From Patescibacteria group bacterium (GTDB lineage Bacteria; Patescibacteriota; WWE3; UBA101185; UBA10185), in the NCBI GenBank assembly GCA_026004595.1, contig BPJL01000002.1, positions 1,431 to 65,430 on the forward strand: a stretch of DNA of 64,000 bases. Reading direction: 5' to 3'. Shown here piece by piece: positions 29,678 to 38,217 of this stretch; the stretch's first letter is position 1; the number at the start of each line of letters is the position of its first letter. Below the pieces are notes generated by a model. The model was not told the DNA's origin and did not search any database. It saw only the letters and a list, made by a program, of their open reading frames with translations. The position numbers and the translations under genes are program-made.

Positions 29678-29950
29678 ATGACAAAACAAGAATTACAAGC
29701 GAAAGTTGCTGATAAAGCGGGGATGACAAAAGTTGATGCAGCCAAGGCAGTAGATGCAGTGGCTGATATAATCACTCAAGTATTGAAGAGGGGCGAGAAA
29801 GTTACCTGGACCGGATTCGGAACATTCGAAGTCCGACCCAGAAGATCAAGAATGGGAAGAAATCCTCAAACGGGAGCTCCCCTTCACATTCCTGCAAGCA
29901 AGACTCCAGCTTTCAAGGCCGGTAAGGGCTTGAAGGATGCGGTAAAGTAA
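29678..29950 (+). CDS. hup: DNA-binding protein HU
   Basis: 90 aa; [24 protein letters not shown] arm motif. Confidence 0.88.
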   Translation: MTKQELQAKVADKAGMTKVDAAKAVDAVADIITQVLKRGEKVTWTGFGTFEVRPRRSRMGRNPQTGAPLHIPASKTPAFKAGKGLKDAVK

Positions 29951-29983
29951 CTTAAGTGGAAAGACTTTAGTTACGTCTAGAGA

Positions 29984-30016
29984 GCAGCCTCCTTTTCGGA
30001 GGCTGTTTTCTTTTGC
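29984..30016 (+). terminator. Rho-independent terminator after hup (AGCCTCC-TTTTC-GGAGGCT followed by TTTTCTTTTG)
   Basis: 7-bp perfect stem followed by a T-rich tract. Confidence 0.6.
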
Positions 30017-30179
30017 GTTTACAATGTTTTGTTTACAGAAGATAAAAGACAAGCATTGTTTTTAGTGGACGGTTTGAAGAAGTGGTGCTTTTTATTAATA
30101 CAGCATTTTAAGAAGAAATTTTTGACGAATCTATATTGTATTTAACGATCTCTGTATTTAGGTGCTAAAATATCCAAGT

Positions 30180-31106
30180 ATGACAAATGGAAAAGACTAC
30201 TACAAAATCCTAGGTATAGATAAAAATGCTTCGGAGGAAGATATAAAAAAGGCATACAGAAAACTTGCTAGGGAGCACCACCCTGATGTTGTATCTGAAA
30301 AAGATAAAGAAGCCGCAGAGAAGCGCTTTAAAGAGATAAACGAGGCTTATAGGGTGCTAAGCGATCCCGAGAAACGCAAGATGTATGATAAGTTCGGTAC
30401 AGCCGAACCAGGAAAAGGATTCGGAGGTTTTGGGGAAGGTTTCGGGAGGAGCGGCCAGTGGGGACCCTTTACTTATACCTATACTACAAACGGAGGAGCC
30501 GATTTCGGAGATTTTGACCCATTTGACATTTTTGAAAGTATGTTTGGTTTTCGCGGATTTGGGCAACGCACCCCCAAAAGAGGTAAGAACCTGTATTACC
30601 AAATGGATATAACCTTTAGAGAAGCTGTTTTCGGTGTTGAAAAGGACATAAATATTGAAAGCGGGAGAGTAAGAATAAAGATACCGGCGGGTGCGCGAGA
30701 TGGCTTGGAGCTTAAATTCGCTGGGAAAGGTATGCCGGGACCTGGCGGCGCCCCTGCTGGAGATTTGTTTTTAACACTTAGAGTTTCCTACCCTCAAGAA
30801 TTCAGGGTTTCGGGAGATGACGTGCTTGTTTTGGCTGATGTGGACATTGTTACCGCCGCTTTAGGCGGGGTAATTGAAGTACCTGTTGTTGATTTGAGCA
30901 GACCTGATGCTATAGGTAAGGCAAAGTTGAGAATCCCGGCGGGAACACAACATGGTACGAGGTTTGCCGTAAGGGGAAAAGGTATGCCAAGGTTGCATGG
31001 AAGGGGCCAGGGCGATGTTTTAGTGCAGGTAAATGTGGTTGTACCTAGGAGACTGAATAAGAAACAGAAGGATCTGCTGGAAGCCTTCGGGGCGGCTCGA
31101 GAATAA
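30180..31106 (+). CDS. DnaJ-domain co-chaperone lacking the Zn-finger (CbpA-like)
   Basis: J-domain with HPD (DYYKILGI...HHPDV), G/F-rich linker, C-terminal substrate-binding domains, no CxxCxGxG repeats. Start at ATG 30180, 8 nt after TGCTAAAAT (30163-30171). The track ORF begins at a GTG inside the -10. Confidence 0.75.
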   Translation: MTNGKDYYKILGIDKNASEEDIKKAYRKLAREHHPDVVSEKDKEAAEKRFKEINEAYRVLSDPEKRKMYDKFGTAEPGKGFGGFGEGFGRSGQWGPFTYTYTTNGGADFGDFDPFDIFESMFGFRGFGQRTPKRGKNLYYQMDITFREAVFGVEKDINIESGRVRIKIPAGARDGLELKFAGKGMPGPGGAPAGDLFLTLRVSYPQEFRVSGDDVLVLADVDIVTAALGGVIEVPVVDLSRPDAIGKAKLRIPAGTQHGTRFAVRGKGMPRLHGRGQGDVLVQVNVVVPRRLNKKQKDLLEAFGAARE

Positions 31107-31113
31107 GTTCATG

Positions 31114-31142
31114 TTGACCCCATTCTTGCATTGATGTATTAT
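31114..31142 (+). promoter_or_regulatory. Sigma-70 promoter TTGACC-N17-TATTAT in the nusA leader
   Basis: TTGACC at 31114-31119, TATTAT at 31137-31142. Confidence 0.4.
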
Positions 31143-31175
31143 CAAGCCGTATAAGAAGTAGCGGTAGGTTGATAA

Positions 31176-31196
31176 GTGGGTGTGTCCCACTTTTTT
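31176..31196 (+). terminator. Hairpin GTGGG-TGTGT-CCCAC plus T6, 20 nt before the nusA start; possible attenuator
   Basis: Perfect 5-bp stem plus TTTTTT, located between the promoter and the nusA ATG. Confidence 0.4.
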
Positions 31197-31216
31197 AATT
31201 AATTTAATTAAAAAAT

Positions 31217-32425
31217 ATGGCAATATCGGAATTTAATGCAGCAATAAATCAAGTAGCGGCCGAAAGAGGTATAGCGGTTGAGAGTGTGCTTGCTTCGGTC
31301 AGAACAGCTTTAGCTACGGCCTATAAAAAGGATAGAAAAGAGGCTGGTGAAGAAGTAGATTTGGACGAAATTGAAGTTGATTTGAATTCCGAAACCGGAG
31401 AAGTGAGAATTCTAAAGGACAAAAAAGATGTCACGCCGTCAGGTTTTGGCCGAATTGCAGCCCAAACCGCGAAGCAAGTCATACTTCAGAAAATCAGGGA
31501 AACCGAAAAAGAGGTTGTTACAAACGAGTTTAAATCTAAAATTGGCCAGGTCATGCTCGGGACCGTCTTTAGAATAGACAATGGTGTTGTAACTTTAGAT
31601 TTGGGTAAGACTCGAGCCCAGGGGGTAATGCCTCCGAACGAGCAGGTTCCTTTTGAAAATTACAGAATAAACCAAAGGTTAAAAGTTTTAGTAAAGGATA
31701 TAAAAGAAACGCCGAGAGGCACAGAAGTAATTGTAAGCAGGGCGGACCCTCAATTTGTGGTGAAGCTTTTTGAGCAAGAAGTTCCCGAAATTGCCTCGGG
31801 CGTAGTCACCGTTGAAGCGATTGCACGAGAAGCCGGATCGAGAACTAAAATGGCTGTTTCGTCCAGGGACGATAAAGTTGATCCCGTAGGAAGCTGTGTG
31901 GGGCAAAAGGGAGTTAGGGTACAGGCTATAATATCCGAACTATTCGGAGAAAAAATTGACATAATCCCTTATTACGATGTGACAGAAAAGTTTATTGCGG
32001 CAAGTCTGTCCCCCGCCAAAGTAGCTGAAGTAGAGTTGGATAAAGAGAACAAGAGAGCAATTGTAACGGTTCCCGAAGAACAGCAAAGTCTTGCTATCGG
32101 GAAAGAGGGACAGAATGCTCGTCTGGCCAACAAACTTACCAAATGGAAGATAGATATAAAAGGCGCTGCTGGTATTTTCTCTGCTGATTCCGGGGAGGCC
32201 TTGAAGATCGGAACCCAGGAGGAAAAGAAAGTTGTTGGTGTTTGGGATGAAGCTATAAAAAAGACCGAAGAAGAGAGAATTGAAAAAGATAGAAAACGTG
32301 AAGAAGAGGAAGCCGCCGCAAAAGCAGAGACCGATGAGGCCGAATCGGTAGAAGATTCCAACGCTTCTAGCATACAGGATACCCAAGATGTACAATCAGA
32401 AGAGTCAGCACTCCAGGAGCAATGA
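31217..32425 (+). CDS. nusA: Transcription termination/antitermination factor NusA
   Basis: N-terminal domain, S1 and two KH domains, acidic C-terminal tail. Confidence 0.92.
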   Translation: MAISEFNAAINQVAAERGIAVESVLASVRTALATAYKKDRKEAGEEVDLDEIEVDLNSETGEVRILKDKKDVTPSGFGRIAAQTAKQVILQKIRETEKEVVTNEFKSKIGQVMLGTVFRIDNGVVTLDLGKTRAQGVMPPNEQVPFENYRINQRLKVLVKDIKETPRGTEVIVSRADPQFVVKLFEQEVPEIASGVVTVEAIAREAGSRTKMAVSSRDDKVDPVGSCVGQKGVRVQAIISELFGEKIDIIPYYDVTEKFIAASLSPAKVAEVELDKENKRAIVTVPEEQQSLAIGKEGQNARLANKLTKWKIDIKGAAGIFSADSGEALKIGTQEEKKVVGVWDEAIKKTEEERIEKDRKREEEEAAAKAETDEAESVEDSNASSIQDTQDVQSEESALQEQ

Positions 32426-32468
32426 TGCTGTCTAATGTTAAAAGTAATTTTAATATGAGGTTTTTGTC

Positions 32469-33965
32469 ATGGTTGAAAATAAAGGTAAAAATACAACTGA
32501 AGAGAACTTGCGGGCACCCATTGTTACCGTTATGGGACACGTTGACCATGGTAAAACCAGCATTCTTGACGCTATCAGGCACAGCAATATAACAGCCAGT
32601 GAGTACGGCGGAATAACTCAACACATCGGAGCTTATCAAATCCAGTACAAAGACAAAAAGATAACCTTTATCGATACACCCGGACATGCCGCCTTCGCTC
32701 AAATGAGAGCCAGAGGAGGAAAAGTTGCCGACATTGTGGTGCTTGTGGTTGCGGCCGATGAGGGGGTGAAGCCTCAAACTAAGGAAGCAATCTCTCATGC
32801 TTTAGCTGCTAAAGTCCCGGTTGTGGTAGCGATAAACAAAATGGATACCGCGGGGGCCAACCCTCAGAAAGTAAAACAAGAATTATCCCAGGAAAATATT
32901 TTAGTTGAAGATTGGGGAGGGGAGTGCCTTAGTGTTGAGCTTTCGGCCAAAACAAAACAAAACATAGACAAACTTCTTGATGCCATTCTATGTGTGGCGG
33001 AAATGCAAGAGTTGAAAGCTGATCCAAAAGGCGAACTTGAGGCCATGATAATTGAATCAAAATTGGATAGGAGAAGGGGTGTGGTTGTTTCGTGCATTGT
33101 TAGAAATGGAACTTTGAGGGTTGGAGACAGGATTGTTTCAGGAGGGTACAAATGCAAAGTAAAGTCAATGGTTGATGATAAGGGAAAAAATATTCAGAGC
33201 GCTGGTCCCTCTACTCCGGTTGAAGTGTTGGGGTTTAAAGAAGTTCCCAGGGTGGGAGATTTGATAGTTTATGAGGGAAGTGAGTTGGCCGAACTGGCCG
33301 TACAAGACAATCAGCCGGAAATTATAGGAAAAGACGCCAAAAAGACTATCGCGGTTGTGCTCAAAGCCGATACCCAAGGTACTCTTGAGGCTGTGAAAAG
33401 TAGTTTGGCCGAGCTGATAACTTCATCGGTTGGGTCCACATACGCCATGAAGTTTTTGTATTGCGGCACAGGGGATATATCTGAATCCGATGTTATGCTA
33501 GCCCAAAGCGCAAAGGGGGGCGTGGTTTTAGGTTTTAACACACGTGTTCCCCCATCGGTAGCAGATTTGGCGGCTGATAACAAAGTTATGGTAAGAACAT
33601 ACAAGACGATTTACGAACTTGTTGATGACGCTAAAAATATCCTGGAAGGAACTGCAGTTGAGGAGGAGTCAAAGATAAAAGGTCGTGGGCAGATCATTAA
33701 ACTTTTCAAACTGCCTTCGGGGGATACGGTTGCTGGGACAAAGGTAATCGCGGGTGCTCTAAAAGCCGGTGGCAAGGTCTCGGTTTATAATAAGGACCCC
33801 GCCGATGTAACAGATGATGATATTCCTTTATATACCGGAACAATAAAATCATTACATAAGGGGCAGGATGAGGTGAAAGTGATAGGAAAGGATGTGGAAT
33901 GCGGTGTATTGCTGAAGCCCCAATTTGAAGGCCTGGAAGTTGGAATGTGGTTGGAAGCTCGATAA
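32469..33965 (+). CDS. infB: Translation initiation factor IF-2, short form that starts at the G domain
   Basis: GHVDHGKTS G1 motif at residue ~23; 498 aa; conserved nusA-infB order. Confidence 0.92.
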   Translation: MVENKGKNTTEENLRAPIVTVMGHVDHGKTSILDAIRHSNITASEYGGITQHIGAYQIQYKDKKITFIDTPGHAAFAQMRARGGKVADIVVLVVAADEGVKPQTKEAISHALAAKVPVVVAINKMDTAGANPQKVKQELSQENILVEDWGGECLSVELSAKTKQNIDKLLDAILCVAEMQELKADPKGELEAMIIESKLDRRRGVVVSCIVRNGTLRVGDRIVSGGYKCKVKSMVDDKGKNIQSAGPSTPVEVLGFKEVPRVGDLIVYEGSELAELAVQDNQPEIIGKDAKKTIAVVLKADTQGTLEAVKSSLAELITSSVGSTYAMKFLYCGTGDISESDVMLAQSAKGGVVLGFNTRVPPSVADLAADNKVMVRTYKTIYELVDDAKNILEGTAVEEESKIKGRGQIIKLFKLPSGDTVAGTKVIAGALKAGGKVSVYNKDPADVTDDDIPLYTGTIKSLHKGQDEVKVIGKDVECGVLLKPQFEGLEVGMWLEAR

Positions 33966-34038
33966 ATAAGCATCTACCCTCTTTGACTGAACTTAATGTT
34001 TGATGTAAAATCTCCTGTCACCTCGGAAAGAGGTATTT

Positions 34039-34677
34039 ATGGCAGATTTTGACCTTGAAACTAAAATCAAAGATGTTATAGCAGGCGCCCGAAAAGTGGC
34101 GATTGTGCCATCAATAATCGATGGCGCTGACTCTTTTGCCGCCGCAGTTGGTCTTTATAGGATGCTTTCAGCAAGAGGCAAAAACACAACCATTTTGTAC
34201 TCCGGAGCTGTCCCTGTTGGGTTTGAGAAGATAACCGAAGGTGTTACGATCAGCTCGTCAATGGGCAATAGAAGCTTGGTTGTTTCAATTGATTACTCCG
34301 GTACTTCAGCTTCAAAAGTGAACTACACAACCGAAAACGACACTTTGTTCTTTTATCTAAGCCCGATTGAACGTGATTTCGATCTGAACAAGGTAAAAGC
34401 CGAAATAACCGGACCTGATTATGACCTTTACATCACAATCGGTGTGCAGAGCCCCGAGGACACAGGCGTTCTGAGGGAACAGCTAGAAACAGAGATGTTG
34501 AAGTCAAAGGTGCTGAACTTGGACAATAGCTCCGAAAATACAAGATTTGGATCCTTGTATTTTGTTGATCCTTCAATGGAGAGTCTTTGCTTGCTGGTGT
34601 TGAATAAAGCTCCCAAGTGGGACTTGATTGTCAATACGCCCTCCCTTAAGGCTTTAGCAGCCGCAGTTTCTCACTAA
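34039..34677 (+). CDS. Hypothetical protein with a degenerate DHH-phosphoesterase-like N-terminal pattern (DGADSFAA in place of DGDALGS, no DHH triad)
   Basis: 212-aa ORF between infB and rpsO, where rbfA/truB/nrnA-type genes sit in Firmicutes. Weak pattern similarity only. Confidence 0.35.
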   Translation: MADFDLETKIKDVIAGARKVAIVPSIIDGADSFAAAVGLYRMLSARGKNTTILYSGAVPVGFEKITEGVTISSSMGNRSLVVSIDYSGTSASKVNYTTENDTLFFYLSPIERDFDLNKVKAEITGPDYDLYITIGVQSPEDTGVLREQLETEMLKSKVLNLDNSSENTRFGSLYFVDPSMESLCLLVLNKAPKWDLIVNTPSLKALAAAVSH

Positions 34678-34733
34678 AACACTAAGAAAAGCTTGATTTT
34701 TAAGGGTTTTTTTGATACCATTCATTGTTGGTT

Positions 34734-35003
34734 ATGGCCTTAAATAAAGAGAAAAAAGCTCAAATAATTAAGTCCAACAGGCTTCATGAAGCCGACACGG
34801 GATCTCCCGAAGTTCAGATAGCTCTTCTGAATGAGAGGATTGCCAAGCTGTCAGCTCACTTGAAGACCCATAAAAAGGACAACCATTCTAGAAGAGGGCT
34901 GCTTCAGATGGTTAACAAGAGGAGAAGGCTTCTCTCTTATCTTAAAAAGAAGGACGAAGAAAGATATACCCTCGCCTCTGAAAAATTAGAGCTTTCTAAG
35001 TAG
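34734..35003 (+). CDS. rpsO: 30S ribosomal protein S15
   Basis: [14 protein letters not shown]...[16 protein letters not shown]; 89 aa from ATG 34734. Confidence 0.9.
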   Translation: MALNKEKKAQIIKSNRLHEADTGSPEVQIALLNERIAKLSAHLKTHKKDNHSRRGLLQMVNKRRRLLSYLKKKDEERYTLASEKLELSK

Positions 35004-35142
35004 TTTTTGGCCTTACTAAGTAATTAAGTTCTAAGCCCGGATTTAAATCGGATTAGGAGTTAATGTATTGCGCACATGTCTTTGTGCCTAATATTTTAAG
35101 TCTTAATCCCGCATTTATCTCCCGGCTTACAAACAGAAAAAA

Positions 35143-37263
35143 ATGAATAAAATTGTACGAAAAGAAACAAGTTTTGCCGGTAGAAAGCTTGTGCTTGAAA
35201 CCGGAGAGTTAGCGATGCAGTCAGATATGGCTGTAAAGGCTTCTTATGGAGACACCGTTGTTTTAGCTACGGTTGTTCACAGCGCGCCTCTTCCCGATGT
35301 TGATTTCTTTCCCCTAACGGTAAATTACGAGGAAAAGCTCTATGCAAGCGGAACAATAAAATCCTCACGCTTTGTCAAAAGGGATGGAAAAGCGACCGAT
35401 GAGGCAGTAATAAGTAAAAGGCTGATAGATCACGCTATAAGACCATTATTTCCTAAAGAATATATGGATGAAGTCCAGGTTGTCGTGACCATATTATCTC
35501 TTGACGTAGATGCCGATCCGGAGTTTACCTCCATGGTAGCGGTTTCGGCGGCCCTTTCTGCCAGTGAAATTCCTTGGGACGGTCCAATGGTTAGTGTAAG
35601 GGTGGGGAAAGTTAATGGAAATTACATTCTCAACCCGAGTAGTCTTGTTCTCCAGACTGAGTCAAAGTTGAATATGATGGTTTCTTTTGTCGGGGAACAA
35701 AAGAAGTTTCTTGCGGTAGAGGCGGAGGCCCACATTGTTCCCGAGGATGAAATATTCGGTGCTATTAACTATGCGCGCGATAATTCCGACGCTCTTTTTT
35801 CTTTCATAAAGGAATTTGCGAGGGAGGTTAATCCAGATTCCATAGTTTACCCCTACGAACCCAAAGTCTTGAGCCCCGAGCTTGTTTCCGACGTTTCGGC
35901 GATAGCCAAAGAAACCATAGAGAAGATAATAAGAATGGAATTTGACAAAACCGAGCTCAAGGAAAAAAGAGAGGAAATGCAAGGAAAAGTGTTCACGGAG
36001 CTTGAGGGAAAGTATAAAAAGGCCGATATGCTTTTGGCTCTTGAGGAATTAGAGAAGAAATCTATTCAGCATTTAATTCTGGAAGAGGGAAAGAGGCCTG
36101 ACGGGCGGGGCGTTAAGGATATTAGGGAAATAACTTGTCAGATCGGGCTTTTGCCCAGAACGCATGGTTCGGCTCTCTTTACAAGAGGTGTTACCCAAGC
36201 TCTAACTGTTTGTACTTTGGGGTCTCCTTCTATGGAGCTTCTTGTGCAGAACATGTATGGGGAGACCAACAAGAGATTTATGCATTACTACAACTTTCCT
36301 CCTTTTTCTACGGGTGAAACTGGGAAGATAGGAGCCCCGAAATCAAGAGAAATAGGTCACGGAATGTTGGCCGAAAAAGCTTTAAAGGCTGTTATTCCAA
36401 GTCAGACGGATTTTCCTTACACAATACTTTTAGTATCCGAAATACTTTCATCTAGCGGTTCTTCGTCAATGGCGGCGACATGCGGTTCAACCCTCGCCCT
36501 AATGGATGCCGGAGTCCCGATAAAAGATATGGTGGCGGGGATTGGTGTGGGAATAATCACTAACGATGATTTCAGTAATTATAAGATTATGACCGATCTA
36601 GCTTATCTCGAGGATGCATACGGATTTCTTGATTTCAAGATGACCGGTACTAGAAACGGTGTTACTGCTATACAGGCTGATATGAAAGTAAAAGGTATCC
36701 CCGTGGAAGTATTGAAGGACATTATTGATCAATCCAGAGAGGGAAGAATGAAAGTTCTAGACCAGATGGAAAAGACTATAAAAGAGCCGAAAGCTACTGT
36801 ATCACAATATGCTCCCAAAACAACCACGTTGAAGATAAATCCTGACAAGATAGGAATTGTAATTGGAAGCGGCGGAAAAACTATAAAGGAGATACAGGAC
36901 ACTACAGAAACTGAGATATTTATTGAGGAGGACGGTACGGTGATAATTTCGGCTGTTAATATGGATAATGTTCAGAAAGCCGCCAAGATTGTTGACGGCC
37001 TCACAAGAGATTTGCGAACAGGAGAAGTGTTTGAGGGTACAGTAAAAGACATCTTGGATTTTGGCGCTCTAGTGGAGATTCTTCCCGGAAGAGTTGGCCT
37101 GATGCATGTCAGCGAAATAACCAACGTTTATGTCAAAAGGGTTGAAGATTGGTACAAGCCCGGTGACAAGGTAAAAGTAAAGATAATAGGTTTGGGGCCC
37201 GAGGGAAAAATCAGTTTGTCTCACAAGGCTGTTGAAGAGAGACACGGTAGGTCAGAGGATTGA
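35143..37263 (+). CDS. pnp: Polyribonucleotide nucleotidyltransferase (PNPase)
   Basis: Two RNase PH domains, KH (GIVIGSGGKTIKEI) and S1 domains; 706 aa; rpsO-pnp synteny. Confidence 0.93.
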   Translation: MNKIVRKETSFAGRKLVLETGELAMQSDMAVKASYGDTVVLATVVHSAPLPDVDFFPLTVNYEEKLYASGTIKSSRFVKRDGKATDEAVISKRLIDHAIRPLFPKEYMDEVQVVVTILSLDVDADPEFTSMVAVSAALSASEIPWDGPMVSVRVGKVNGNYILNPSSLVLQTESKLNMMVSFVGEQKKFLAVEAEAHIVPEDEIFGAINYARDNSDALFSFIKEFAREVNPDSIVYPYEPKVLSPELVSDVSAIAKETIEKIIRMEFDKTELKEKREEMQGKVFTELEGKYKKADMLLALEELEKKSIQHLILEEGKRPDGRGVKDIREITCQIGLLPRTHGSALFTRGVTQALTVCTLGSPSMELLVQNMYGETNKRFMHYYNFPPFSTGETGKIGAPKSREIGHGMLAEKALKAVIPSQTDFPYTILLVSEILSSSGSSSMAATCGSTLALMDAGVPIKDMVAGIGVGIITNDDFSNYKIMTDLAYLEDAYGFLDFKMTGTRNGVTAIQADMKVKGIPVEVLKDIIDQSREGRMKVLDQMEKTIKEPKATVSQYAPKTTTLKINPDKIGIVIGSGGKTIKEIQDTTETEIFIEEDGTVIISAVNMDNVQKAAKIVDGLTRDLRTGEVFEGTVKDILDFGALVEILPGRVGLMHVSEITNVYVKRVEDWYKPGDKVKVKIIGLGPEGKISLSHKAVEERHGRSED

Positions 37264-37299
37264 CACCTTTTTGCCGCGAGAGCTGATATAATTTACTTG

Positions 37300-38217
37300 A
37301 TGCTGAAAACCTGCCCTCAGTGTGGAAGAAATCTAACAAAAGCTGATAACTACTTTTGCCATGTTTGTGGAGCAGTTACAGGTGGAGGTGCGGCAAGATC
37401 TAATAAACGTTACTATTTGGGTTCCAAAACTTCTTTAAAAGATGGTGTTTCTTTTAGTTTATCGCCTTGGGGGTTTTTGGCAGGTGTTTGTGTTTTTATT
37501 TTATTGGTGGGTTCAGCTATTCTCTCATCTCGCATAGCCAGCAAGGCCGCGGATAGGGGAAGTTTAGTTATTTCAAACATGTTTTCTTCAAATAATTCTC
37601 CTGCCCCCCAACAGGTAAGTAAAAATGAAAAATCTTCGGTTCCGGACAGCTTCTCGCTCGCTTCTGACATTGAGAACTTTGTTCCATTTCAGACGGATTT
37701 TGTAGTCGTATTTTATTCCCATTTAGATTTTTTGGACGCTCTTAAATTTTTTAAGGTAGAAAATACGTTTGATGTGGATTTTCTCAAAAATCTAAACCGC
37801 CCTCCCTATGTGATAATTCTAACCCCGCCGGCGGGGGAAAATGAGGAGTTGAGAACAGCATTGCTGCTGTTTCCTGTTGAGAAACCGGCCGAGGGTGATT
37901 ATTCCAGATATGTTGATAAGGAATTTTCAGAAACAATTTTAGATAAAGCTGTTGTTTTGGCGAATGATCCTGGTGTTGCTGAAGAAATTACCCAAGTATC
38001 CAAAGGACTCCACAAGGGAATAGGGCTTAATTCATACTATATGAATATAAGACGTAAAATTCCGGAAAATGTGAGGTCAAAGATTTTTGTCTTTTCTAAT
38101 ATTGGTGTAGGATATGTTAACCAGCTTGATACCGACAAGATGCCGGAATCAGTAAAAATGCTGGTTATAAATTATATGAAATCCGGCAGTTATTACGGAT
38201 TTGTAGAATATGAATGA
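37300..38217 (+). CDS. Hypothetical membrane protein with an N-terminal zinc ribbon (CPQCG...CHVCG) and one TM
   Basis: ATG 37300 lies 7 nt after TGATATAAT (37284-37292). Overlaps the downstream Lon-like ATPase gene by 8 nt. Confidence 0.5.
   Translation: MLKTCPQCGRNLTKADNYFCHVCGAVTGGGAARSNKRYYLGSKTSLKDGVSFSLSPWGFLAGVCVFILLVGSAILSSRIASKAADRGSLVISNMFSSNNSPAPQQVSKNEKSSVPDSFSLASDIENFVPFQTDFVVVFYSHLDFLDALKFFKVENTFDVDFLKNLNRPPYVIILTPPAGENEELRTALLLFPVEKPAEGDYSRYVDKEFSETILDKAVVLANDPGVAEEITQVSKGLHKGIGLNSYYMNIRRKIPENVRSKIFVFSNIGVGYVNQLDTDKMPESVKMLVINYMKSGSYYGFVEYE

Noticed and set aside
30017-30179. Looked for a CIRCE heat-shock operator (TTAGCACTC-N9-GAGTGCTAA) upstream of the DnaJ-like gene
   Set aside because: Only a partial half-site (GGTGCTAA) is present; no inverted partner.
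35004-35142. Regulatory hairpins in the rpsO-pnp leader analogous to the E. coli RNase III site
   Set aside because: Only short imperfect stems (e.g. GCACA-TGTCTT-TGTGC); not convincing enough to call.
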